From Chiloscyllium plagiosum (Eukaryota), in the NCBI RefSeq assembly GCF_004010195.1, contig NC_057711.1, positions 80,330,528 through 80,394,527 of the forward strand: a DNA stretch of 64,000 nucleotides, read 5' to 3'. Each line of letters begins with the position of its first letter. Position 1 is the stretch's first letter. The position numbers and the translations under genes were made by a program. Below the pieces are notes generated by a model. It was given only the letters and a program-made list of their open reading frames with translations, made no database searches and was not told where the DNA came from. Shown in pieces: positions 38,472 through 51,400 of the stretch.

Positions 38472-38592
38472 TATCAGACTTGAAACATTAACTCGGTTTC
38501 TCTTCCCATAGTTGCTGCCAGTCCTGCTGAGTTTATCCAGTTTATTCTGTTTTTTACTTTCATTTCAAGTAGCTGTAGTACTTTGCTTTTTA
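38472..38592 (+). mobile_element. Penelope-like terminus (family 4), 3' half of the hammerhead only
   Basis: gacttGAAAcattaactcggtttctcttcccatagttgctgccagtcctgctgagttt. Confidence 0.55.
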
Positions 38593-39340
38593 TTAGATAT
38601 GTAACGTTCTTGTCACAAAAATATTGTCTTCTTCTAGTTTACTTTTGAACATGTTTTGCCTGCACTGTTTAAAGTAATTTTTAGAGACATGTTCCAAAAA
38701 AACTCTCAAAGAAGTATTTGTTTTTTATTGCCAGCACTTACTCCTTCAGGTTATCTCTGGATCTCCACAGTTTTGTGCTTAATTAAGATGCAACTTCTCA
38801 TGAGTTGAAAATGTTGTTCCAGAAGAGAGTCAAAAAGTTCAGGCAGGCAGGATATTACATTTCTGAATTCAAGTTGAGTGTGGTTAATTCTATTATTATT
38901 GTCCAATACATTTTTAAAAATCAGCATAGGGAAGATGTATTAGAATTTTTTTGCTCACATCCAATTTCTGTATATTATTGAATCTGGGCAATGTGTTAAC
39001 CTACTTCCAGAAAGGAAACAGTTTCTAATAAGGTGGTGAAATATCTGAATTATTTTGTGATGTAGAAGTGCAATAGGGGAGAAATGTGGCAAAATCACAC
39101 AAGAAGTCTTGTGAGGCCTATCTTGACATTGGGAACAACTTATTAAATTTCTTTGAGCTCTGGGCATCAAGGTGACATTCTCACTAAATAGTCAATATTA
39201 AAGGGGATTATTGTTTGTTAATGACTTTATTACCAGCAGATCTAGCCTAATTTACATGCAGATTCCTATCTTATTAAATACAAGCAAATTGAATGCCAAG
39301 AATTCTCAACATGGAAGTTAGAGCAAGTATCTGGTGACTT

Positions 39341-39430
39341 CAGTGTTGAGAGTGTGGTGCTGGAAAAGCACAGTGGGTCAAGCAGCATCTGAGGGGCAGG
39401 TGTTTTGGGCGTCGGCCCTTCCTCAGGAAT
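39341..39430 (-). mobile_element. Penelope-like terminus (family 2), single arm
   Basis: gagagtgtggtgctggaaaagcacag...cccttcctcaggaat, homologous to the 12129 and 37229 arms. Confidence 0.75.
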
Positions 39431-39984
39431 TCATCTAGTGCCTTCAGCTCACGATTTACCACAAATGAGCTCCATGTTGGTCGGCAGTCACCAAAATTAG
39501 AAGAAATGTTCCAGGGGTACCAGTCACATCTGCACATAGACGTTGGCATCCAGTCTCTAAGAACCACCGTGGCACATTTCCAATTCACTTATAGTACTTC
39601 AGCACTTCAATGCAGCATCTTGCATTGCATGGGAAATCATAATTGCCTTAGTGCAGCAAGGACACTTTGCACTCAAAGACACGCATGCACCTCATCTGGA
39701 CCAGGCTGCATCTCTGAGGGGTGTTTGCTTGCTCTCTTAGCACTCACTTGCTTACTTGCATTTCCAAGCATTCATGCCATGCCATGTATTTTTTTGCAAA
39801 TTGCCTCTCAACCAGTGATACCAGGTTCATGGTATTGTTGTATTGCCATGCCATTTAGTACAGTCACTAAGGCAGAATGCTTTTCCTGGTTGGAAGCAGT
39901 CCTCAGTCAAGTCTAGAGAGATGGTCAGGGGGTCCTCAATCAGATAGTCAAGGGCAGCCTCTGATACTAATTCAGGATCTTGGA

Positions 39985-40217
39985 CACAGTCAGTTAGCCA
40001 TTCAGAATAGTCAGTTAGGATCCTCTCCTCATAAAGGGTATGCAGACAAATGTTGGACTCTGCCCCAGAGAGCGGTTGAAGGTCAGTAGTTGAGTATCTG
40101 CAAGAGTGAGATTGACCTGAAAATATCCAGGGATGTGAGAATGGTGCAGAAAATGGTGTTGAAATCGAAGATCAGCTACTGAACGGCCCTTTCTTGGTCC
40201 TATTTATTATATTCTTA
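39985..40217 (+). mobile_element. CR1 3' fragment
   Basis: tctgccccagagagcggttgaagg...gaagatcagc...tcctatttattatattctta. Confidence 0.6.
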
Positions 40218-40509
40218 AGTTTTCTCTCCTCTTTTCCATCTCCTCAACTAATGCCTCCTATACAACTTCCAAAAGCCTTAGAGACCACACTCACGTGTCG
40301 TGTGCTATTCTTCAGTGCAGCTATGTCAGACTCACAAAATGAATAACTGTTAACATCTCTTTATGAGATGTAAACTAGGTTTAAACAGTACAGGCTAGTT
40401 TTAACTACTTGTGAAATTGGCTTATTGTTGATGCCTATGTACAATCAACAGTATGGTTAGCACTGGCAAAACATGAAAATCTTGTAGTGAATATGAAGTT
40501 GGCATGCTG

Positions 40510-40710
40510 CCAATCATATGATACTGAGTTATCTTTCATATACCTTAGAGTGCAAGCAGAGCCATAGTTTAACATCTCATCCATAAAGCAAGACATTGTC
40601 AGTACAGCATCTCTCAGAATCACACAGGAGTGTCAGATTAGGTAATCAAATCACTGGATTAATCTTCTGACCTCCCAATTCAAAGATGAGGGTACAACCA
40701 ATGAACTAGT
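40510..40710 (-). mobile_element. DeuSINE-like fragment
   Basis: Reverse complement ctgacactcc...gatgctgtactgac...ggatgagatgttaaact matches the Deu domain pattern. Confidence 0.55.
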
Positions 40711-42764
40711 GCAGATTCTTAATATAATGATTTTGAACTTAAGTGCCAGTTCAAAAGCCAATAATGCTCTATGTTTTGGAACCATCTGACTAATCTACCT
40801 GCCTGTTGTAAGTTAATATTTCCAATTATTAAAGAAGAGTAGAAATTACAGTTAAGTACCTGAACAAGCTGGATATTAATCCTGACCTGCAGCAAGAACC
40901 ATGTGGGATGGCAGATATCAAAGCTATAAATGAGAAATTAGTCAAAGAGGTAGGAAGCACAGATCCACTGAGCTGGAAGTAGATATAATAAAAATGAGAT
41001 TGTGGCATCGAGTGTCACAACATTTGGACCAGGGCAAATCCTCCATACATCTACTTAAAGTTTCAAATAGGAAACTGTACTGTTAAAATTCAACATGAAT
41101 CTCTACCTAATTATCAGAATTTAATTAGCCAACTCCCATAATAATAATTTATTGGTTATTAGATTCATATTAGAAAATAAAGAGTCGTGTAAAAATTACT
41201 AAAAGCTTCCTTTTACTGCCAAAAGTGCAATTTTTATTCATGTTAACTGAAGTTATAAACAACTGACATTCTTAATATGGAGTCCAAGAGTTTAGACTGA
41301 AGAGGATACAATAGGGAAAATGACAGGATTTAAGATTCTTTGTTCACAAGGGAAACTTGTTATAACTCTAGTGTAGGTATTGGTTATTAGTTTAGTGCAT
41401 TTCAACATTCCCTAAAAATTTTACTGCACTCCTTTGTATCTACAATCAGAGGAATCACCTCATAAAATGAATGATAATATGCTGATGATTGCTATGGCAG
41501 TGCAGGGACAATCCATGCCTTTTGAATCATCAATTGTGCTGGTTTTAATTAGGAAAAAAATCATACTTTCTCACATCCTTTTGCCATCTGAAAGTTATAA
41601 TTTTCATTCTTTTCCCCTGTCTTCACAAAACAGTGACCAAATTGTTATTTTTGTAATGATTCAATGACTTTATTTCCCATACAGGGAAAATAAATCATTG
41701 AATACCTTGACTAAAGTTAATGCTTGTGTTCTGAATTGTAGATTCATGCAGTATATATGTCTGCACAGCTGAACATTTATCTGCCTTGATCTCTCAAATA
41801 CTACCTCCCCAACAACTATTTTGATTCCTAGTTGCCTATATGGCACTCATTCTTGGAAGGGTAACATTATTTTTCAGTTAAACATTAGAATCCTCTCCAT
41901 CACAGAGAAAACCAACATCTCTTCAGTACTTCCATTCTACTTCTACCTCAATCTAACTCTCGCTGAAACCCCTAAAATTTTTTTTAATCATTTCCAGTAA
42001 CAACTATTATATTGTTCTCCTGGCTGCTCTCTTATTGTTAAACTTTTGCTCCCTTAATTCAACTGTTCTCTGTCTTCTGGTCTGCATGAACTATATCGTC
42101 CCTAATCTGCATTGATTCCAGATAAAAATTATTATCCACATATTTATAACTCTGCACAACTTATCCAATTGAATTTTAACTCCTGCTTAGTACTAAACTG
42201 GTATGCTGTTGAGACGAGGGTGGGGGTTTAATGGTGAAGTTATAAACTCTAGTCATGACATGCTCAGTGTCACAAAGATGACATTAGTTAAGACCTATAA
42301 TTGATCTCATTGGGCATATGTGGTGTTATGTGCCCTAGAGCAGCCACATCCCCTCCCTATATTATATAATCTGACCCTGCATGTAGCCCTTACCCCCCCA
42401 ATCCCAGCTCCCACCTGTCTTGCTAATTCCTGTCAGTCATATCCAGCAAATTCTCAACAACTTTGAATTTGACTCCAGCAACAATTGTCACTGGGCACTG
42501 ACTGTAGTCCCAACGGTCACATCCTGAAAGCCCTGCTACGACTAGAGTGTGGCGGCTATTTAATTGGCGGGCAGCTATTGGAGTTGCGGCTTACTCCATA
42601 ATTGGAGTAAACAGCTTGTCCCAAATTAATGTTAGACCCAATGACTATAAAGTAAGCTCAGTTCTTCCCAGGCATATGGAGTGGGCCCACTTTTAACTTT
42701 TAAGTCAATGGGGTACTGTCTTATCAAAAAAAATCATCCTGCCACATTTAACTCTTAAAAACCA

Positions 42765-43175
42765 GGGCTTCTTTTCCGTGGAGCTTCAGAGGCTGAGGGG
42801 TAATCTTATAGATGTTGATAAAATCATGAGGAGCATGAATAGGGTGAATAGCCAAGATCTTTTTTGAGATTAGGGGAGTCCAAAACTAAAGAGAATAGAT
42901 TTAAGTTGAGAAGGGAAAGATTTAACAAGGACCTGAAGGGTAACTTTTAAATGCAGAGGGTGGCATGTATGTGGAACGAGCTACCAGAGGAAGTCATGGG
43001 GGAAGCTACCAATGTAACAATTAAAAGACATCTGGATGGGTATGTTAATAGGAAGGGATATGGGCCAAATGCTAATAGATGAGATTAGGTCAGATTGGGA
43101 TGTCTGGTCAGAATGAATGAGTTGGACAAAAGGGTCTGTTTTCGTGTTGTATGACATTTTGATTCCATGACTCTA
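42765..43175 (+). mobile_element. CR1/HER1-type 3' fragment
   Basis: gaggctgaggggtaatcttatag...tggaacgagctaccagagg. atgactcta tail. Confidence 0.88.
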
Positions 43176-44728
43176 AATGGCCTCACCAATGTGCTGTACA
43201 GCTGCAACATGACTATTTGTCATTATTATCAAATGGCTTTGCTACAGAACTTCCATTAAGAATCATGTGGTACATTCCACTAACTGTTGCGGGAAGAAAT
43301 GGCTGATCTTCCCTTACACATGAAATGTATAACCCATTCTTGTAGCATCTTGCTTTGTGTGTATAAAACGGACTAAGTATTTGACAAAGCTAGTCTGTGT
43401 CCCACCTCACTGGAACATCAATGCATCATCACAATATTTTTAAGGTATTAAACACTCATTCAATACAGGCACAAAATTGCACACAGGTCAGGGCAGCAAC
43501 CATCTTCAGGCACAGCAATTATCTGATATGGAATTGTTGCCATTAAAAAAGGAGGCACAGATTAGTTAGAAGTAACACTCAGTAATCATAGGTGCCTTGT
43601 TGACTGCGTCAATCCACTCTGAGAACACCATAAAGGCTGGTATTCAGGACTGACTGTTAAATTTAAAATAGTTACAATATGACAAAAGTAACTTGCCAAT
43701 CACACTACACAGAGAGCAAGGGCTTGGAGGCATGAGCTCTTAAACCTATGACAATGTTTGACGTCTGGACCAAATTTTATGCGCCCTCAGGCTTGGATTC
43801 ATAGGAAATGATAAGCAGAAAGTTGTGTATAATGAAATGGGAATCATTCTCAGTTCTTAACTGTCCATATCCCGATTCAACCAATATATTTGTAGTGGCC
43901 AGAAGACTGTGCCAAGTTAGAAGCCTTCCAAATCTAATTACATGATCAATTGATGATGCTACAAATAATATGCGCTTAATGGCTGTCTTGGACAATACCA
44001 AGGGCACTTAAAGCAGAGGTGGAGGTCACATGTCAATGGCAAGATAGTCGGTATACTAAGCACAATTGCATTTCCTCAAATATTCCCATTTTCATTAATC
44101 AAAATGTATGCATACCTTTGCAATTACGAATTATGCAAGTTACCCAATAAATATGATGCACGAAGTGAATGATCATTCATGAACAAATTAATATGTTAAC
44201 TCTAATCAGTTCTGCTTTCGTCAGTTTCTACACATTCATTGTATACATGGTATTTAAATCCTGCAGTCTTCTAATAATACACATATATTATCATTAACAG
44301 TTTCTCTATTATCTACTTTTTCCTAGACAGGTGTTCCTTCTTTGGGGAAGGTTGTTCCCAGAGCAAGTGCTATTGCCTTGGTAACTGTGATTCTCTAACT
44401 ATTTCTGTTGCTGAGGATCAGAGGAGCTTTGAATCTTTCCGTACACAGTGCAAGTCGTGAGACCACTTTGTCCCAATTGGCTACCTACAATGAAGGAACA
44501 GTTTCTATGATTGTATGTGTATATCTGCAGTTATGACAACATATCTGATCATTTACATTCACCATGTATGACTAAAGTGTCAAATGCATGATATAGAACC
44601 CAAGTTACCACAAGAGCTGATTTTGATTGGGAACACATAACATTTACATTCTGACTGCCTCTCTCCATTGCTTGGCTCTGTCAATAATTTGTCAGTTAAA
44701 CAAGTGGTATTTGACTTTCTGTCATTTA

Positions 44729-45314
44729 GGAGAAAGTAAAGACTGCAGATGTTGGAAATCAGAGTCAAAGAGTATGGTGCTGGAAAAGCACAGCAGGTCA
44801 GACAACATCCGAGGAGCAGCAGAATAAGCCCTTCATCAGGAATGAGGCTAGTGGCCCAAGGGGCTGAGAGATAAATGGAAGGGGGTGGGGCTGGGGTGGA
44901 GGTAGCTGGGAATGCATTCAGCAGATATAGGTGGAGGTGAACGTGATAAGTCGGAGGGAAGGGTGGAGTGAATAGGTGGGATGAAAGATGGACAGGTGGG
45001 ACAGTTTCCGAGGAGCAGGAGAATCGACGTTTTGAGTACTGAGGATGCTCGAAACAATGATTCTCCTGCTCCTCAGAAACTGTCCTACCTGTCCATCCTC
45101 CTTCCCACCTATCCACTCCACCCTCCTCTCCGACCTATCACCTTCACCCCCACCTTCATCTCCCTAACGCATTTCCAGCTACCATGCCCCCAGCCCCACC
45201 TCCCTCCCAATGATCTCACAGCCCCTTTCGTCCACAAGCCTCATTCCTGATGAAGAGCTTATGCTCGAAATGTCGACTGTCCTGCTCCTCAGGTGGTGCC
45301 TGACCAGCTGTGCT
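44729..45314. mobile_element. Large (~590 bp) Penelope-like fold-back (family 2) with an internal duplicated segment
   Basis: Imperfect palindrome centred near 45042. Perfect 13-bp TSD tttctgtcattta at 44716-44728 and 45315-45327. Hammerhead attcCTGATGAa-gagc ttat gctc-GAAA-TGTC at 45243-45277 (+). Confidence 0.88.
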
Positions 45315-45334
45315 TTTCTGTCATTTACCCTTGA

Positions 45335-46565
45335 TTTAGTCACTCTTACATGTTACTACTTTTAGATTTAGCATTTTTTATAACCAATTGAAGAGTAGCT
45401 TGGATGCCATGTGACCTTTGGACAGGATTGCTCTTCATGCCTTCAGTTGGTGCACCTCTCCACTCAAGGATTTTCTTGTAAATGTCTGGAACTATTTGAT
45501 TTATTTCTAAATCCTTTGGTGATTTCACTGCTGCCTCAGCCTGTCCGTCTGACCGGGGATTGTGTGCAAGTGGTATACAGTGTTGTGTTGTCCAATATTT
45601 TGTGAAGCAGCTGAAATCTTTTCTCATGAATTGAGGGCTATTGTCACTCATTGAAAGGTTTGGACTGCCATAAGTGTGCTTCCATTGTATACAATACTTA
45701 CTGATCAACCTGTTCAGCCTTGCTCTTATATTTCTGGAGAAGGTGGGACTTGAACTAGGCCTTCTGGCTCAGAGGTAGGGACATTAACACTACATCCCAT
45801 GAATCTTCTCCAAGAATTTTACTATCTCACTGGCACTCCTTGATGTCAGCTGGTCTACCTCCCAGTAATCAGAAAAGCAGTTTGACAGCGGCAAGATAAT
45901 CAGTTCCTGCAAAAGGGCCTACCTCAAGCTTCATTTATGGTCTGTGTGATGTTGGCGGTCATAAGCATCTTTTTAATTTGATTAACGTGGTACTGTTTAC
46001 AAGCATTGCACTCTCTAATATGGTCCTTAAACTCATTGCTCATGTTTGGCCAATGCAACACTTCTTCTGCCTTCTCCAGGCTGGGCTCAGTTCCCTGATT
46101 GCTTGAATGGATGGACTTTAGAATCTTTTTATGAATAATGACTCTACTTCTTTTGTACAAGATATTACTTTGGGCAACCAATCTGTGTGACTAATATTCT
46201 CCTTGATGCTTTTACTTCATTATTCTGTGACTACTTCCTGCAACACTTTGGAGGTTGCATCCTTATTGCATAATTTGCTTGATTCAAAGAAGACACATTC
46301 AAATTAACGTTTCTTCTGGGTTAATAGCTTACAGACCAAGTTAACCTGCCAAGTTTTGCTAAATTTAGAATATTTCACACTGCTTCACCTTTCTACATAG
46401 GAAGTGCTATACTTGAGAGCATATCAGCAATGTATTCCTATTTTCCTTGCTTTTTTGTCATATCCAAATAATGTTGTTGTAAATTAAATAACATACTTTG
46501 TAGATTCTTTGGAGCAGGTAGAAGTGATTTGACAAAATATAACAACCAAAAAATGACCCATTTAT
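45335..46565 (-). mobile_element. Gypsy pol fragment (RNase H linker, integrase zinc finger and core)
   Basis: KQGK..YIADMLS, ILKSIHSSNQG...LHWPNMSNEFKDHIRECNAC and SDNSPQF...NPRSDGQAEAAVKS. Interrupted by a tRNA-SINE-like piece at ~45735-45800. Confidence 0.85.
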
Positions 46566-47534
46566 GATTACCCTCTGTTTAATGTTAGCTAACTAAATTT
46601 CTATCCATGCCAATATGTTACCCAAATACCTTAAAATTTCATTTTTCTGTAATAACTTTTGATGTGAAACCTTAAGAGATGTCTTCTGGAAATCCAAGTA
46701 CAGAACACCCACTGATTCTATTTTATCATTAGCACATGTCTCCTCCTCAAAGAATTTCAATAAATGCATTAATTGTGATTTTGTTTTCAAGAAAATTCTA
46801 TCTGAATTTTTTGAAGTCTCTTGCTTTAATTTCTTTAATAACAATTTATAAATTTTTCCCTTCTACAAATAAAAAGCTAACTGGCCTGTAGATTCCTGTT
46901 TCTGTCTCCTTCCCATTTTTTGATAAAAGAATTAAATTCATTATTCTCCACTCTTTTAGAACTTTTCTGAAGCCAGGGAATTTTGTAAAATTAAAATTAA
47001 TGCATCAAATATCTCGCTAGCCACTTCTTCACAACTTTACAACAAAGTCCATCTGGATCCAATGACTTGTCAGCCTGTAGCCCCAAAGATTTTCTCAGTT
47101 GAACTTCTCTGGTGATTATAATTTTCTTGAGCTCCACCCTCCTTTGCATTCCCTGATTTCTAGTTATTTTTAGAATAATCATTGTATCCTCTACACTGAA
47201 GAACAGCACAAAATTCCTGTTTAGTTCATCTGCCTTCCCATTATTACTTCTCCAAACTTACTTTCTTCCAGATTGAATTCCACTTTGTTGACTCTTTTTA
47301 TTTTTAAATATCTATAGAAAGTTTTATTTTTTTAAAAAAAACTATAATTTCTTTCTCTTGTGCTCAGAGTTTTCACTCTGTATCAATTATTTTTTCAATT
47401 TTTTCTATTTTAATAATCTGTCAAATCTTTTTGACCAGCCACCAAACTTTGCATTATTGTATGAACTTCATTAAATTTGATATTACCTATACCATGTTAC
47501 TGAAACATTTCTAAGTTTTTTAGTATTTCTATGT

Positions 47535-47700
47535 TAAAATCCTGGAACTCCTTCCCAATGATGTTATGAGATTACCTCCACCAAATGGAATGCAGCAGTT
47601 CATGAAGCCAATTTACCACTGCCTTCTCAAGGACAATTGGGAATGGGCAACAAATGCTGGCTCAGCCAGCAATGGCCACATCCTACGAATGATCACAAAA
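47535..47700 (+). mobile_element. LINE 3' end (CR1-like; same tail as the SINE at 61480)
   Basis: aaatcctggaactcc...ttctcaaggacaattgggaatgggcaacaaatgctggc..gccagc...cacatcc. Confidence 0.75.
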
Positions 47701-48038
47701 CATATTTTCATCTCGACTCATCTCTACTGTTTTTACTTCCTGGTTTCTGGACCTTAGGTCATTATTCTCTATAGTAATAAAGCAGTGATTAATTAACTGA
47801 GCCAAACCTCTACTTTTTCCTAGTTTCCTGTTCTTCCTAAATGTTCTGTACCCTTCATTATTCAGATTCATTATTAATATTCTAAACAATGTAGTCCTGC
47901 AGCCAAGCCTCTCAAATGGACACCAATAATACTTATTTCTGTTTGTGCTGTCAGTTCATATATTTTGTTCTTAATGCTATGTGCATTCATATGCAGAGCT
48001 GTTATTTTTAACCTTTTGTTTAACTTCTAGCCTTATCT

Positions 48039-48444
48039 GGATGTAAGTTTATTCACTGAGCTGGAAGGTTTGTTTTCAGATGTTGCATCACCAAACTAGA
48101 TAATACCATCAGTGAGCCTCCAGTGGAGCACTGGTGTTCGTGATCTGCTTTCTATTTATGTGTTTAGGTTTCCTTGGGTTGGTAAATGGTTTACTATCCT
48201 CTGAGAAAAACAACAGGAAATTACATCACCATGGGAAATGACATCACGGGAAATGACAAAATCAACCCAAGGAAACCTAAACACATAAATAGAAAGCAGA
48301 TCACTAACACTAGTGCTCCACCAGTGGCTCACTGATAATGTTACCTAGTATGGTGATGAAATGTCTGAAAACGAACCTTCCAGCTCAATGAACAAACTTA
48401 CATACAGAACCTCACCCTGAGCTACAAATCTTCTCAAAATTCTT
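48039..48444. mobile_element. Penelope-like fold-back (family 5, related to family 1)
   Basis: Arms ~48039-48181 and ~48263-48408. Tail gagctacaaatcttctcaaaatt is shared with family 1. TSD tagccttatct at 48028-48038 and 48445-48455. Decayed hammerhead at 48329-48368. Confidence 0.85.
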
Positions 48445-51400
48445 TAGCCTTATCTATTGATTTACTCGTGGATTTATGCTTTCCCTTTAGTCGATCTTCA
48501 GATACTCTTGATTCTTTCTGCACTCTTCCACTTTGATCTAGGGAGCAGTGTAATTTCCATTTATAAATGGTCCCTAATTACCATGTATTCCTTTTTGCAC
48601 TCCTATTTGAATGACTTTCTATTCCATGGTTTCACAGACAATTAGCTCTTCCAGACTGTAGCCCTCATTTCAATTGAAACAAGTTGAAAGTACCTCAAGT
48701 CTGTTGATTGACTGCAAACATTTAAGCTCTTTCATTAGCTGGATCGCCATACATGCCTCACACATAGTCATTTGCTCCTTTCTTAAACATAAGAACACCC
48801 TATCCCAATCAGAATGACCATATTCTAAAATACAGTATCAAGATAACTTCATGACTCTATAACATGCAACCCCCCGCAATGTACCACGATGTCTAAAGCT
48901 CAGCCTTCAGTTCATAAACTAAGAGCTAAAGTTCCTTGAGTCAAAAACACTTACTCTAGACATGTTTACTTTGGTTCATATTTATATCCACAAGCTCCCA
49001 CATTATACAGTTGCAACTCATCATGTACCAATTATATAGGATAATTACTGCTGTTCTAGAGAGAAGAACTTCATTGCATCACAGTATTGCAGTGATTGAA
49101 CCATATTTCCCTACAAAGCTTCTGTCATATATAAGACTTAATAGAGAGCAAATCAAATGCCATTGCCAGTTTTTTCAGCTGTCTCAGTGTCTACTCTTAA
49201 CCTCCATGGAGCTCAGTTTAAATCAAAGATAATGGTCTTCTGTTACTGACAACTGGGAATACTATTCAGGCAATGTCAGTTGAAACGACAGTGAACATGT
49301 GTCCTTAGTACAAAATTGCTTTGTCATCTAATTCCTCATTCCAGGCTAAGGAAAGCTCAAACTAAGATTGTTGAATGTGGAAAGAACATATTACATCAGA
49401 ATGATTGGGAAAGCATTTTTCTAAAATCACTTTGACATTAAGGAATGTTCTTTTCTCTCCTCAACTCTGGAAAGTCTGTGACATTCTATCACATTTCAAA
49501 GGTCAATTTTTCACGTGAATGTGCTGAGGAAAATGTTTCCATGGTTAAAGAACTATAAAATATTCATTCATCTTCACACTTCCACTGCTCAACTATCCTT
49601 CAGTCAACTTACCCTGCTTCCTGCTTCACTTCAATGATGCAGAGACCATTTGGCTCACAAGGTATTTCATCATGCTTTAGCCTAAATGTATCCTAAAGCC
49701 AACCATTCTCATTCCATGTTTATCCAGTTTCCTTCTGAAGGAATTTGTTCATTTGCTATATATCCCTGAGCTTCAAACATCACATCCAGGCCATTCAGGT
49801 CATTAACCTCAACATGTTACTAACACCTGTCCTTACCTTAAGCTCAAAGTCCTGAGTAGCATCTTTGTCATTTACAGTTTTCAAAGTCCTATGCTACATA
49901 CATTTAAATGTATCCACAATAAGTTTATCTAGAACGCTGATATAAAAACAGAAAATGGTAGAAATACTCAGTTGATCCAAAGGAAGGTTCCTTGATTCAA
50001 GGCATTCAATGCTTGATTAAGAGACCTGACATTGCAAAGAGGAGACTCATTGAGAACCAATGAAACCCCTCCTTTTCCCTCATCTAAGATCCCCATGATT
50101 CCTTCCTCCAATCCCTTCACCTGTGGTCCAGGATCGAGTGACAAAATGAGATTTCAGATGGGTGTCATAATGGTGTCACGGTTGCAATGCCATTCAGTAG
50201 AACTGTTGACCTCTGATTGATACTTGTTTCTGAGATGGGCCCAGTGTTGTCCAATTAAGTCAGTAGCACTTTCCCAAAAAGAGAGAACATGGAGCTCTGA
50301 CTGCCTCTCGAGCCAGTGGGCAAGATCCTGTGGCCTCAGCATACATTCCTCATTGTTCTGTTTGGCTTTAAGAGCTGAAGAACAACATGAGATATTGGGG
50401 AGCTGCCAGAATCCACAAAATTGCCCCTTTATGAATTAGTTTCTTCTGGAGAGAACAAGGACAACAAATGAGGGAGAAGAAGTCTGTTCATTTTATATCT
50501 GTTGTAAAATGAAGTCAATTGTGGTAATATTTCAGACTATACATCATTATAATAATTAGGTCTGCAAGTATGATGTGACTTCTAAAGTCATTACATGAAT
50601 GTCTTCTGAGAAAAGACAATATATAAAATGTATTTTGCTGCTTCAAACTCTCTATGATCATATTTAGAAATATGTCTTAATTCTAAAGGATTAACAAACA
50701 TGGAAAGGAAGTTCAGTAATTGTAAGCAGGACAGCAGACTCAGAACCAAACATACCCATATCGAGGGAAGGTTACAACCACCACCTGGACAAACACTCCA
50801 TACAGTTGTCACTGCAGCAGCTGTTGAAACATATTGCCCAGTGTGGTATTAAATGATTGGTTTTGGATTTTATTCAAAGCAGAAACCAAGTAAGTTTGGA
50901 AACCTTCTGGCTCAGCTTAAAATTTGACATGTCAAAAAGGAGTATTCATTTTAGAAAGTTTGAACCATATGTTTGAGAAATGAAAGTGGATGAGTATATT
51001 TTCAAAGAAAACATGTTCACTGTCAACAAACCGAAAATAAAGGCATACTTGTACACAATTAGTTAATTCTAATTGTATATACATTATGACATATTACCTT
51101 TTGACTCCAGTGTAGTGGATAGTACAAATAGTTAGGAATTCTTAGTTCATTTTAAACCTCAGAATGATACAAAAGCAAAATGCTGAGGATATGGAAGAAC
51201 TGGAATTAAAAATGGAAATTGCTGGAGATACTCAGCAGTGCACACAGCATCTGTGGAGAGATCAGAGCAGAATAATTCAGTTACAGTTTGCAAGATGTTT
51301 TTCTGGGATGTGCTCAGCATTTCATTATATGAAATCATGAAGTTTTGAGTGCCGAATATCTAAATTTAATCATGTTTTTGATAAGATCAGAAAATCACAT

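Larger units (their letters stand above)
46570..49030 (-). mobile_element. Decayed CR1 LINE from the ORF1 zinc-finger N-terminus to the RT, interrupted by later insertions
   Basis: CNCIMWELV...HV.SKC at ~48940-49020. ADKSLDPDGL and LLKFFEEET..DK.ESVGVLYLDFQK. Confidence 0.8.

Noticed and set aside
41850..42150. Possible ancient L2 remnant (also ~49560-49930)
   Set aside because: Only faint resemblance, and boundaries cannot be set.
44318..44520. Plus-strand acceptor/donor pair resembling an exon
   Set aside because: Stops in all three frames.
44870..45000. G-rich tract with quadruplex potential
   Set aside because: It is internal to the family-2 element, with no independent evidence of function.
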